A DNA stretch of 63,999 nt, counting the filler, from Sphacelaria rigidula (lineage: Eukaryota): the NCBI GenBank assembly GCA_964200075.2. It is 3 parts of 3 records of this genome, joined end to end, with 100 filler letters (N's around TTAATTAATTAA, not from the genome) between each part and the next. Parts side by side here need not be neighbours in the genome. Positions count along the whole stretch, not along the records: positions 21,780 to 43,415 come from CAXNAA020000398.1; positions 43,516 to 63,999 come from CAXNAA020000523.1; 1 more part is not named here. One strand, written 5' to 3'. Below the pieces are notes generated by a model. That model was not told where the DNA came from, made no database searches, and saw only the letters and a program-made list of their open reading frames with translations. Below, in pieces: positions 36,141-48,108 of this stretch; the first letter of the stretch is position 1; the number at the start of each line of letters is the position of its first letter. The position numbers were made by a program, and so were the translations under genes.

Positions 36141-38928
36141 TACCGCCACACATGCGCGACATCAATTTTGAACTTCATGGGCCCGGCTGGGAACCGGCAG
36201 TCATCCAAGAACTCAGTGATGTCCTGCCACAGTACTAAGACCGAGTTTCCCGATCCAAGACGGATCTTGGGCATTGCAAAACGCTGCCTTTTGAGGTTAC
36301 CCTCCAACCCGGAGTTTCGCCGATCTCTTTTTGGCCATACCGGACAAATCCAATCCTTACCAAAAAGGTTAACGCCATCTTGGATGCATATTTGGGAGCG
36401 GGATTAATACAACATTCCTACTCTCCTTGGGCCTCGCCCCTCGTGGTCGTCCCCCAATTGGAGGGAAACATACGCATAACCGTGAATTACCAACGGTCGA
36501 ACCGCGTCACTGTGGTCGGTAAACTTCCAATTCCCCGCATTGATGAAGTCTTCGACTCCTTAGGCGAAGAACATTTTTTCAGCACCTTCGACCTCGCTTC
36601 TGGATTCTTTCAGAATGCTATTCACCCTGACACAGTCCCACTGACGGCCTTTTGTACCTCGTTCGGACTCTGCGAGTGGCTTCGAATACCACAAGGCACG
36701 ACCACTGCCCCGGGATGCTTTCAACGCTTCATGCAACGCGTCGCCGAGGGTCTCGAGCACATCATCATGTACCTGGATGACGCTATCGCTTTCGATGCTT
36801 CACCTTTTGCACAAGTACGCACTCTACGAGAATTTCTCTCTCGCCTACGAACACACGATTTGAAACTGTCTCCATTCAAAGCTCGCCTGGTTGCGACCAA
36901 CTTGGATTTCCTGGGGCATTCCATTTCGCCAGCAGGCCTGCATCCGGATACAAAGTCAAGGCGATGACTGACTTGCCGATGGCAACTAACATTTCTCAAC
37001 TTCGCTCATTGTTGGGCGGACCATCCTACGACCGCAATTTTTTGCCGAATCTCTCAAAACGGATTCGCCCCCTTACTGAGCTACTCAAAAAAGGAGCCGT
37101 GTTTTCCTTCACAACCGAAATGGAGAATATCACCCGCGAATTACTCAAGACGCTTACCGAAAAGCCGGTACTCTGCTTTCCTGATTGGGAGCAGTACAAG
37201 ATGACTCACGCCTTTTCCAACTCCACACTGACGCCAGCACAAACGGATTCGGGGGAGTTTTGAATCAACCTCAGGTTGATGGCCCCGTCCGACCCATCCT
37301 TTATATCAGCCGCGCTACCCTGCCCAACGAGGCCAATTGGAGCCCGCTAGAATGGGAAGGCGGAGATATCACTTGGGCCATTAAGCGCCTTAGACAATAT
37401 TTGTTTCACGTGCCCTTCGAGATCTCTACGGATCATGGGACACTCGAACACGCCAAGGTTGGCGAACACAACCCGCGTGTACAACGATAGTTGGAGTTTC
37501 TAACCGCGTACCAGTATACCAATAAGCACCGTCCAGGCAAAACCAACGGGAACGCTGACCTTTTTTCTTGCCTACCCCTGCCGCCTACGGCCGCAGATTC
37601 CAGCCCGCCTTGTCGTTTAACGGAACTCGATGAACCTGGAATTTACGCGATTAGACGTTTTTCAACGCCCGTTCACGCCCTCGATCTCCATCGCCCAAAA
37701 ACTGGTATGCATATGGGAGGACCTCGCCCTCTGCCACATGACGCCGTGTTGGGTGGGTTAGCGCCCACTACCTCCGATTTTGTCGATTTCCGCACTTTCG
37801 GTACTCGCGCGAAGCTCTTCACGGAGACACCTTTGGTCACCCACCTACTCTCCGACAACACGCGCTCCCGGTCTGCCGCCCGCACCACCCCGAGTGCCCC
37901 GCCGCCACCGATAACACCTGCACATTCCACGAGCCATGCAACACAGGTCCCACGGACCAGCACGCAACGCTCCCCGAACACTCTTGCAACGTGCACTACG
38001 CGCCGCCGACAATCTTCGCCGCGCACTACTACAGCCCCGCCGCCTATAACGGCGCCACCAACATCTACCACTTCTGAGCATGGAGCTGACGATGTAACTT
38101 CTGCTCCCGGGGCAGACATTGACGTCGGCACTCCTACCCCGTCGCCTATTCCCCCGCTGGCTACCCCACAATGTTTGGTCGGCTCACTAGCGGAAGGTCA
38201 ACTACGCGAGTTTCTCGCCAGACACTTTCACCGCGATTGGGCTCGCGAACAAAACGCGGAACCGCTATGTCGCGCAGCTATCCGGTACTTACAACTCGAC
38301 TACTCAGTACCTTTTCCACCCGCCCTTCTCACCCCGGTTGGCACACTCCCACCACCAGTTATTTCTGACGTATACGAGCTCGTGCGTAAAGGCGCCCTTT
38401 TTACTACGGATAAAGGTGTACAACTACTCGTGCGTCGCGCCACGTCCTTGACAGGCGCAATTTCCATCTCAACCACGGGACGCCACGCACGACTACTCGG
38501 CGACAAACCAACGCGCATATATGTCCCATTATTAATGCACCCCTGGGACATGAAAGGCTGTCACACAGACTTGTCATGTCACCTTGGCGTCACCCGCACC
38601 CTAGCGCTCTTGGAACGCTTCTACTGGTGGGTTGGCATGGAAATTTCCACCCGCTTCTGGATTCGGCGATGCTTCAAATGCCAAGCCCGAAAGACTTTCC
38701 GGCAGACAGTACGCTGGCCCGTCATCTCCATGGGACTCCCCAACGACCCAAGCCACCTTGTGTCCTTTGACTACTTTGGCCCCCTACCGACCACAGGTCG
38801 CGGCAACACCTGCATCTTACTCTTCACTGACCGCTTCAGCCGCCACGCGTCCATGTGCGTGATAACCGCCGCAGATTTCACTGCCGTCGGGACGGCCAGC
38901 ATATTGGTCCACGACTACATTAAGCACT

Positions 38929-39174
38929 GACACTTTCTACGATAGCCCCCCTCCAAAACCAGCCCAAAAGTGTCACGAAAAAAATGGCCATACCGGGCCT
39001 GATGTTTGGGTTCAGGCTGCATGAAGCGCCTCATACTGGCGACATTGGCTAGAACGAACCCAAGCGTGGGAATGCCCAGCTGCTCGTTACCCTCGGCTTT
39101 TCCATTTCGATTTACGTGAAGATTTCGCTTCCCAAAACCATGCACTTTTTGGGGGGGCTATCGTAGAAAGTGTC
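38929..39174. mobile_element. 246-bp MITE, ~24-bp perfect TIRs, 4-bp TSD CACT, inserted in the integrase core
   Basis: CACT|GACACTTTCTACGATAGCCCCCC...GGGGGGCTATCGTAGAAAGTGTC|CACT. Removal restores DYIKHYGCPKRLLSDNG. Confidence 0.92.
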
Positions 39175-40923
39175 CACTACGGTTGCCCAAAGCGACTCCT
39201 TTCAGACAATGGTAAGCAAGTTTGCTCAGATCTCTCTGATGAGCTTCACAAGCTCTTGGGCATCATCCGCAAAATTGCCACGAGCGCCCACCACCCGAAC
39301 GGTAACGGAAGTACAGAAAGAGTTAATCACACCATGGCCCAGATGCTCTCTATGGTTGTCAATGACCGCCAAAAATGACCGGGACCTATATCTCTCTCAC
39401 ATCATGTTGTCCTACAACAACTCGGTTAACGTCGCCACAGGCCTTTCGCCGAACGAACTCCACCTTGGACATTACCCTCGGCTGCCCATCACCGTGTTTG
39501 AGCGACATACGTTCGACGGCCACCGAGGATTGTATCAGGATCAGATATCCTACCACGAGCTAGTGCATACACGACAACGCAAAGCGTTTACCCTCGTGCG
39601 CGAACAACATGCTATCAACGCCTCGCGCCTAGAGAGATCTAACACTGCTCTCTACAACCTCATGCACAAACGCCCCAACTGGAAAGTTGGTGATTGGGCT
39701 TGGATCTACAACAGTTTGTCGACCATTCGCCGAGGCACCAGCAAGGCAGCCAACGAAACAATTTTGAAGACAAAATCGTCCCTCAATTAGGCAGGACCAT
39801 TCAAGATCCTGACAGTCGAACCATCGTCATCATCACCAGATGAAAAACCCGTTGGTGACAAGCTGCTCTATCTCGACTTGCCTCGCGACTTTCAGGGCAA
39901 GGACACCAAACCCCGCGTCTCCGTGCACAGATGCAAACCCTGCACGAACCCGCATGATACAAGCGACATGCCCAAGTACCTGCCTGCCGGACTCAAACAG
40001 TATGTTTTCAACAGCTACTCGACTAAGTCCCCGCCCTACTACGTTACAACCGACGACGTGACGGAACAGCCCCTCCGATTGACCGTGTCCACCATCTCCG
40101 GCCACCAGATAAATCGTGGCCGACGTGGCAAAATCGCTGTCATGTATAAGACACTCTGGCACGGTCTCCGGAGAGCGTCTTGGGAACGCGAATCCGACCT
40201 TCAATTGCACCGCCGTGCAATCCTCCTGTACTGGACGCAATCCCAACATCAGCATCTTGCTCACAACAAGAAATATCACAACATGCGCCGTGGCGCAGCA
40301 GCCCGAGAACTTCACCGCGATCAGGGACTACGCTCCGTCGCCGATGGTTACGAACTTGTACTCACCAAGACTTGTAAGACGAAGTTCTTCGCAAACCAGC
40401 GAATACTGCCCAAGGGCACCTACCTTTGGTTCAAAGGCAGCGACAACCTCTGGTGGTTGGGTCGGACCCACTCCGCTAACCTGGTTTCGGCCGACACATA
40501 CATCGTGCGCTTCATCGATGACCCTGGACCCATCCAGCTCAAGCTCCGGCCAGCACTGTACATCACCGGCCCAATCTGCACCACGCGGATCCTGGTGCCT
40601 CCAGCGCCCTAAGTCCAAAGGACTTCGCCGCGGTCTCAAGCGCAACATCGCCCACACCCCCGGCGTCCCCCCCCCGCTTTGAACCACGCTCCTTCGTCGC
40701 AACTGTTGCCCCCCCCCCCCGCTTTTCTGTAGCATTGTTTGCCCTCCCTTCTCCACCAGGATCCTCTTCTATGACATCACAACAGGGCGACCTACATCGG
40801 ACGACGATCGAATAATTACTGAAGACGACCACGAACTACGACTGCTGGAGCTGTAGAATCCCCTTGCGGCTGGCGCTCGATCTCGTTGGATCACCGATTT
40901 TTAGATATCTGATCTTGCAATTA

Positions 40924-41056
40924 TTGTACCTTTGGATTCCCCCAGGTTGAAGCTCTGCTCCCTGTTGTACCTTTGGATTTCCCCAGGTTGAAGCTCTGCT
41001 CCCTGTTGTGCCTTTCGATTCCCCCAGGTTAGAGCTCTGCTCCTTGTTGTACCTCC
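40924..41056 (+). repeat. 41-bp tandem repeat (3 full copies plus a partial) in the Gypsy 3' untranslated region
   Basis: TTGTACCTTTGGATTCCCCCAGGTTGAAGCTCTGCTCCCTG x3; GGGTACGGGAGTGTT also occurs twice at ~41210-41240. Confidence 0.9.
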
Positions 41057-41356
41057 CTGTTTACCCCCTTGGTTTTGCTAGGACGCCGGAGCAATTTGTG
41101 CTTCTTCGTTGATCGCTAGCACGCAGAAGCAGTTTGTGCTTCCGCGATTCGGAGCAGTTTTCTACTCCTCGAAGCAGTCTATGCTTCCCTTCTTTTGAGG
41201 TGTGGAAGTGGGTACGGGAGTGTTGGGTACGGGAGTGTTTCCTTAGGTATGCTTTGTTAGCCGCTCATGACTTTACGGGTGAAGAAAAACCTTCGTTTTC
41301 GCTGCTTTGAGGATGGATCCTCGCAGCTGTAATAAAGGTTCGTCTGGGTGGGTTAG

Positions 41357-41838
41357 TGTCATGACGACGCATATTAGTATGTTATCATGCCGCCTCAGAC
41401 CCGTTGATGAGTCGCTCTACATTTGCAATTGGGGTATCCTAACACCCAAGACTGCAGGTCTTTTCAGAGTTGGTCAGGTACGAGTATGAACTTGTATATG
41501 GTAGAGATGGTGACGGCCAGATTTTTTATCGTACAAATCTAGCACCCATCCATCCCACTACCCACTACCATCTACTGCCCTCTCTCAGGAAGAAGTCTAC
41601 TACTGGTGATACTGATATCCTGAGTGTGATATTGGATCGATTGGGTGGATACTGGAAGGTCTAGACAAAGCAATAAAGAAGGAAGATACAACTTACGCGT
41701 GAGATACTTGCTACTTGAACACGTCTATGTGACACGGTGCTTTGTTCTTTGGGCCTGGCTGTTCAGTTCTGGGGACTAACCCCCTTGCCTTGCCTAGTGA
41801 GTCTGTGCTTGCCATAATAGCACCGTAACCCCATTACA
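41357..41838 (+). repeat. Candidate 3' LTR of the Gypsy element
   Basis: Starts TGTCATG right after a G-rich PPT-like CTGGGTGGGTTAG, contains AATAAA (~41672), ends ...CCATTACA. No matching full 5' LTR in the window, so the right boundary is uncertain. Confidence 0.55.
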
Positions 41839-41892
41839 GTGGCCTGAGAAATGTTGTCGCGAATTTCTACCGACCCGGTTTCTAAAAGGCGA

Positions 41893-42130
41893 ATGCGCCG
41901 GCCAATATTGAGAGTTGAAGCGTAAAAGTTGGTATGGACAATGCATAGGGCATAAAAAAAAATGCGAGTGTATCATCTTTTTTTCATGAGTTAAGGGCAT
42001 TTTACTGATACCTGAAAACTGATTATTGCTCTTAACTAACGAACGAAAAAATGTACACTCGTTTTTTTTTCTTTCTCTATGCATTGTCCATAATATTTTA
42101 CGCTCCAACTCTAAATATTGGCCGGCGCAT
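41893..42130. repeat. AT-rich fold-back inverted repeat (~105-bp arms), probably within a non-autonomous DNA element
   Basis: ATGCGCCGGCCAATATT.AGAGTTG.AGCGTAAAA...TATGGACAATGCATAG pairs with CTATGCATTGTCCATA...TTTTACGCTCCAACTCTAAATATTGGCCGGCGCAT. Confidence 0.85.
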
Positions 42131-43415
42131 GAGCCTGCAAACTTCAAATCCACCTCCAGGCTGCCCAGCTCGTATGGAGAATCAACAAGGCTTCTAATAT
42201 TACTCAAATATATTTCGGAACTTTGAGTTTTTTTTTTTTTTCATGAGCTGAGGGCAAAAGTCAAGATCCAGTTTTCAGTGAAACGTCCGTGAGTCATGAA
42301 GAAACAATCTCAACGTCCCACAACTCCAAGGGATATTTATCGTTATGCCCTGTCGAATCTCCATACTCGAATCGGAAGTGCAGCTCTCCAAGCAAATGAG
42401 GTAAGAATGGGCAATTCAGAACCAGGGCCGGTTGAATCGGAACAATCTGGTGCAGGCCGTTCACTCAGCCCAGTTTTGGTGCTGGCGCTTTGAAATTTCG
42501 TGCGGAAAATCGGTAGTTTAACGAAAATATAGATTGAGACATGACTTTTTTTTATCCATTTTTTTTACTTTATTCATGAGTGCAGTAAGCATCATTTGTT
42601 GATGAAAATGTCCTCAACTAACGATAAAAAAATCAAGACACCCTCCTTTTTTTTCAGAATGCCCTTGTGATTCTTGACACGGAATTTAGGAGCATAGCTC
42701 TAATAGGTCACACCGAATACCCGTGGCCGATACGAAATCGACTCTCTCTGTCTCTTTCTGTCTCTTTCTCTCTCTGTTGGCACCCCATCTACTCTAGACG
42801 CCAGTCTACACCTCTCTTTTGTCAGCAACTGTGGACATATCAGCTGGGGTCACACAGGAGGAAGGTCAACGCAGGGGGGGGGGGGTAGTTTGGGCCATAT
42901 CTTCCACAAAAGCAGCAACAGTCGTTCGAACGCGGTCGATAGCTATAATTAACGCCCATTCACATTTGTACTCGTCCAAGGGTACACAAAAAAGCTATCC
43001 CACACACACACCTCCCCCTCCCCCCCCCCTCCCCCCGGAGGGTCAGTTTCTTCTTTTACTCTTTTACATTTTTCTCCCTCTACATTTCCTCCCCCATTTC
43101 GTGTGTCTACTACACGTTACTCCTCGCACATGTGCAAACCACCTACTTGTTGGAAACATCTATAGGTTGCTGTTGGCTGGCTTGACGTTATTTGATGGTC
43201 GTGGTTGGTGACGATCCTCAGTCAAAACCATCTCTTGAGACAGCCCCGGATAAAAAATTCCACAAGCAACGACCACAGCTTTTTAGCGTATTGCGCAAAC
43301 CGGTAATAACGGAAGAAGGACCTCACGGTGTGAGCCTACTACAAACAGCGGATCATCTATGTTGAGGATGGAGATTTTCATTGAGGATGAGAACCCGGAG
43401 GACTAAAATCTTCGT

Positions 43416-43515
43416 NNNNNNNNNNNNNNNNNNNNNNNNNNNNNNNNNNNNNNNNNNNNTTAATTAATTAANNNNNNNNNNNNNNNNNNNNNNNNNNNNN
43501 NNNNNNNNNNNNNNN
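43416..43515. other. Artificial contig linker (N44-TTAATTAATTAA-N44)
   Basis: Same 100-bp design as 21680-21779. Confidence 0.97.
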
Positions 43516-43579
43516 TCGGTGCCCCCGGCTCTCTCTTCGCGCCTCGGTTGCTGTGGGGGGGGGTGGTTGTCGCCTCAAT

Positions 43580-43637
43580 TACTGCTTGCCTTAGTCGTTC
43601 GACTATTGACCACGCATCCCCTTCAAAACGGAGCACC
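43580..43637 (+). repeat. Short dispersed repeat, second copy at ~56889-56943
   Basis: TGCTTGCCTTAGTCG.T.G.C.ATTGACCACGCATCC at both sites, each preceded by a G run. Confidence 0.65.
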
Positions 43638-45614
43638 GTTCCTACTCCTAATAATAAAGATATCTGCAACATGTCGGCGCCCATTACGTTTCTGCCATAC
43701 ATTACACCAAAACCTTTTACATATCTCAGGCACTTCCTGTTTCGCGGGGGGCGGGGCGGGGCAGAACGAAATTCGTTTCAAATTTTTCGTGAGAGTACAA
43801 ACGGGAAAAGTAAAAATGGTGGAAAAGCCCAGATACCTGCGATAGAAGAATTTTACCAAAACCAGTTTCTACATTATGTTTTACGAGTTACGATCCGAGG
43901 CACTGTGATTTCATCCATATATATATATATATATGCAAGGGGTTCGGCGGCTTACGCCGCCACGGTCACTGAGATCGACAGCCAAGATACATGAGAGCCG
44001 GCCATCGTTGCTCGCATTGCGTAACGGCACAGGTCATAGTTGAAAGTGGAGTATTTTCCGCTGCGTGCATATGGTTACACATGTCCCGGGAGCAGGATAC
44101 GAAGAAGAGCTTAAATGATGTTTGACAACTGTGCATACAGGAACGGGTAAACGACAGCCTCCACCGTCGATGAACACACACGGAGACACGCATTAACGTT
44201 TTCCACCCACAGCAACGAATAGGAAGCATCGTACACCGTCGACGAGCACGCACCCAGGGATACTCGTACCATCATCCAAATATTATTGCACCGCCCAATC
44301 ACCCGAGGACACAAAGACCAGTGTCGCAACCACGGGTCCAGTACTATTGCACCGCAAAAACGCCCGTAACCGCACTGAATATCGACGTTTCAAATCCCAC
44401 ATCGCAATAATCAGGCAATATCCGCAACGTAATAGATATATTATGAGAGAAACGGAACATATGATGCATAAAATCGACGAACAGTAGGGGCTGATCTCCC
44501 TCAAAGCACGCTCAACAACGGATCCAACATCACAAACATTACTCATCGTACGAGAGAGGGTCCAGAAACGGACACGGAAAAGGCATGCTCTTTAGGTCCT
44601 TCAAAAACTCGTCTTTTTCAACCCTTTTTGAACCCTCCCCTCCTGCTCCCGTGTCGCACGCGTCACTATAAAAAGCCCTGACAAAGAGGAAACGATGGAG
44701 ACAGAAAAGGCCGACGACAACCATTTCAAAAACAGAACCAAAGAAGATCTCGAATCCAGTAGCACACGCGGCGGGTGCAGCAAAAGTGTCCTCCCTGGAG
44801 AGGTCGGGTGAGGTTTGTCCAATCATACCACGCAACGGGTGAAGCGTGTCCATTTGTATCTATCGACAATAATCAGCAAAAACACTGTGAAGCATTCCAT
44901 GTAAAAAACATCAATGGGTTCCCGGGTCTGGTACGGCACAACTGTAAATAGGAAACCCTTTTTTGTTCCACTTGTCACTCGCACGGGTCTGAAAAGTACG
45001 CATTGGGCGAATGAATGTCGTTGCGTCTGGCCTGTAAACCATCAACTATATCTTTCTCAAAAACCGTCAATAGCAGACAATCACGTTTCCATGTTGAGGT
45101 CCGAAAGGGTCAATTTTGAACACCCTTGCACACAAAATCCGGTCTAGCACACGCCGTCAATCGGCGGAAAATTTTTATGTGCCCCCGGGGGCACCTTGGG
45201 TGCACCATCAAAATTGATGTGCGCCCACGGATAATGGCAAAAACACGTGCGGCTGCTCAGTGCCGCATGACCACGGCCCCGACCGTGGTACAACTTGGGT
45301 CACACTTTAAATCCGAGCAAGCACAACCCACTCAGGGTAGAGTAGTACAACAGTATCATAATGTCGCACTCTCTGTCATCTCTCCCTGCTCGTCGCGTGG
45401 TCGAGTCTGCGTGACTTCCCACTGTCAGCTCGGAAACGAAAACAATACGCAAGGAGCAACAGTTCCGATCTTTGCATTGGGGTATACACGTTAACGTGAA
45501 ACTTCGAACCAACATTCGAAATGCCCAAAGAGAGAGAGAGGGAGGCGGGAGGAGAAATGACCATTTCTCTTGGCGTGACAGTTTGGTGTACGGATCGACA
45601 CGGCACGGCTGCGC

Positions 45615-45870
45615 GAGTGATGCAACGGTAGGGTTGCACAAATATGTCCTGAGGTTAAAACTGTTATGAGCCCTTTATCTCATCCAAAGCAAGAATTTTA
45701 AAATATGCGAGAGTACGCCAGGATTACTATTCTGATGTGCTAGGGATATCCCGAACGAATTTGCAAACGGGGATGCCCTGAGTCATGTTCTTGTGCATCT
45801 AGAACCGTTAGAAGCCTCTGAACCAGACAAGATCTTGCGCAAAACGTGCGCTCCTACCGTAGCATTGATG
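45615..45870. mobile_element. Second, more diverged copy of the 35884-36140 MITE
   Basis: End-to-end similarity (GAGTGATGC.ACGGTAGGG...GATATCCCGAA...GCAAACGGGGATGCCCTGA...CCTACCGTAGCATTG); TSD not recognisable. Confidence 0.85.
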
Positions 45871-46219
45871 GAATGTGGTCCAGATTATTTTGTTCTCGTA
45901 TGAAGCATCATCTCGCGGCGCAAATCCGGCCACAGTATGATGCTCGTCTCGTTATCATCGTCAAGCAGACGTGGGAGCTTGCATGTGTACGATTCGTAGA
46001 TCTAGGAAGGGGTTCAGGTGCCACGTTTTCATGCTCCTTGCTGTAACCAGCCTGCACCAAACGTAGTGGTAGTTCTTCAGAAATCTGGTGTTTGCAGAAG
46101 TGAATACTCCGGAATGAGTCTAATCCGGGAGGGGTTGGCTTGATGCCATCGCTACCTGCTCTTGTGTGCTTAATATCAACGTGAGGAAACTTCGGGGGCA
46201 GCCAAATATAGGTAGGACC

Positions 46220-46220
<1 letters not shown>

Positions 46221-46295
<75 letters not shown>
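46221..46295. repeat. (AGGC)10 microsatellite followed by a ~34-nt poly(G) run
   Basis: Directly visible. Confidence 0.95.
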
Positions 46296-46529
46296 CGAGA
46301 GGAGATATTCCGATGCGAGCCCTGTCGACACGCTTACTGTTTTCGATGACATTGCGTGTCACGTTGGAGGTCAAGCACCGAGCCTCCTACACTGGAGAGG
46401 CAACGAGTTAACCGCCACATTGCAGCCGAGAATTAGTTACGAACAGTTGGTGTCGCTCGCTCGGCCAGCAGCTGTCAAGCTGTTCGTTCACGTTAACCCC
46501 TCGCGAGGGCGGGGACACGCCGCTGTTCC

Positions 46530-46958
46530 CGGGGAGGAATACGTGAAACACGTGACACACGTGACACATTTGAATAACCGGGAAAAACGTAACTTTGGGC
46601 CATTTAACGCTGCGTAAGATTTTTTTTTGGACGGGACAAATTCAACTTAACGTGATGTAACATGTGGGCCTTGAAGCAGTGTCTCTTGGTGCTTTTTAGA
46701 TGTAAATACAGGCTGTTTTTGTGAATTTTTAACGTGACACGTGACACGTGACATATTCACGAAAACAAGGAGAGTTTGCGTCACATTTGGAAAGTGAAAC
46801 GCAATGCTAGGGTTAATGTGAAGGACCACACGTTACATCACGTTACGTTACGTATGTACCATCCAAAAAATCAAATCTTACGTAGCGTTAAATGACCCAA
46901 AGTTACGTGCGTTCGAATGTGTCACGTTAAAACGTCACGTGTCACGTATCCCTCCCTG
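46530..46958. mobile_element. hAT-like MITE/fold-back element with 8-bp TSD
   Basis: Termini CGGGGAGGAATACGTGA and TCACGTATCCCTCCCTG; inverted similarity extends ~140 bp inward; flanks GCTGTTCC and GCTGTTTC (7/8 match); many CACGTGAC subterminal motifs. Confidence 0.8.
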
Positions 46959-48108
46959 GCTGTTTCCCTTTCTTCCTCTGCCCTCCTACCGGCCACAACT
47001 GCCACTTTTATTGTCAAAAACGGTTCGATATCCCTTGATCAGCATGCTCCTCCCTCCCTCCTCCCTCCTCCCTCCCGGAGCGTGGGCCCCCGCCCGCGCT
47101 AACCCCGTCCTAACCTGCACCCGCCTGCGTGATTGTTGAAACGACAGGTCGGCGTTGTGTTAATGGTCATGGTATGCGCCATCGAGGCAAGGATAGGGGG
47201 GGAAGACAGGAACAAGAAAGCGGGTGAGTGTGATGGATGCTCGACGCACAGACGAAAAAACACGTATGGTCGAAGTAATAGGTAGCGTTTCACCTCGTTT
47301 GTTCGTAGAAGCAGAGAACAGAAAAACGGCTACTACCATGGTGGTATCAACCTCAACCCTGCGTGATGCTGTGCTTTCTTCTTCGATGGAGTTACGCACC
47401 CCACCCATCGGCACCGGTATGAAGTAGAAGCTCTTGCTGTGGACTTTTCTATGCAGGCACGTTCTTCTGCTACACTCACACACGGGGGTGCAAAAACTGA
47501 TCTAAACATGTATCGGAACAATAAATATGAGGTGCTTCGCTCTTTTCTCGGCACTAACAATGAAGCAGACTTCCGCGAGAAAACTTCGAGTGAAACAATT
47601 TATCGTTACCTGGTGCATGACACAAACACCGCACGCGGTGGACGAGACCAAAGGATTGGAATGTCAATTCTGCGTGGTCATTATCCATTTTCTATCGACT
47701 TTCTACCCATACTTGTTTTTTGCTGTTAAGCAGGTAAAACGGGCTCAACATACATATCATCAGGTGATGCGATTGTGACCCAACATATACGTATATATTT
47801 TATATACATATAAGAGCGATGCTACCCATTGTGTGTCTTGAGTAACCGCATGACGGGATCTACGCCATGTCAACTCGGTGACACATGGTGGACGACGCGA
47901 GATTCCTTAATAGAAACCCCTGGAGTTGAGAAGATGTCGTGTTTTTTTGCGCAAACTTTGCAGCACCGATTGATTCGGCGATCACATTTCCGGCGCTTCT
48001 TTCGCCAACCAAACGAGTTTCAGTAGCGAGCGTGCTTGTGAGATGTAATTCCAGCCTCCACAGTACACCGCAAAATCGCCGTTCATCTCGCGAATGACGT
48101 CGGCGCAG

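Larger units (their letters stand above)
34900..40682 (+). pseudogene. pol: pol (protease, RT, RNase H, integrase, chromodomain, extra C-terminal domain), frameshifted and MITE-interrupted
   Basis: Motifs spread over ORFs 34647-35456, 36380-36967, 36964-37263, 37185-37490, 37491-38930, 39170-39790 and 39878-40612. Confidence 0.9.
31530..41838 (+). mobile_element. Decayed Ty3/Gypsy LTR retrotransposon with chromodomain integrase; 5' LTR not identifiable
   Basis: Order gag-PR-RT-RNase H-IN-chromo. CIHCSVQGHSVRDC zinc knuckle (~33350), LLDSGSP protease (~34980), SPWASP...FDLASGF...YLDD RT (36380-36960), LHTDAS...TDH RNase H, HLG...C.KC and DYFGPLP...DRFS...SDNG integrase. Many frameshifts and stops. 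Confidence 0.93.
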
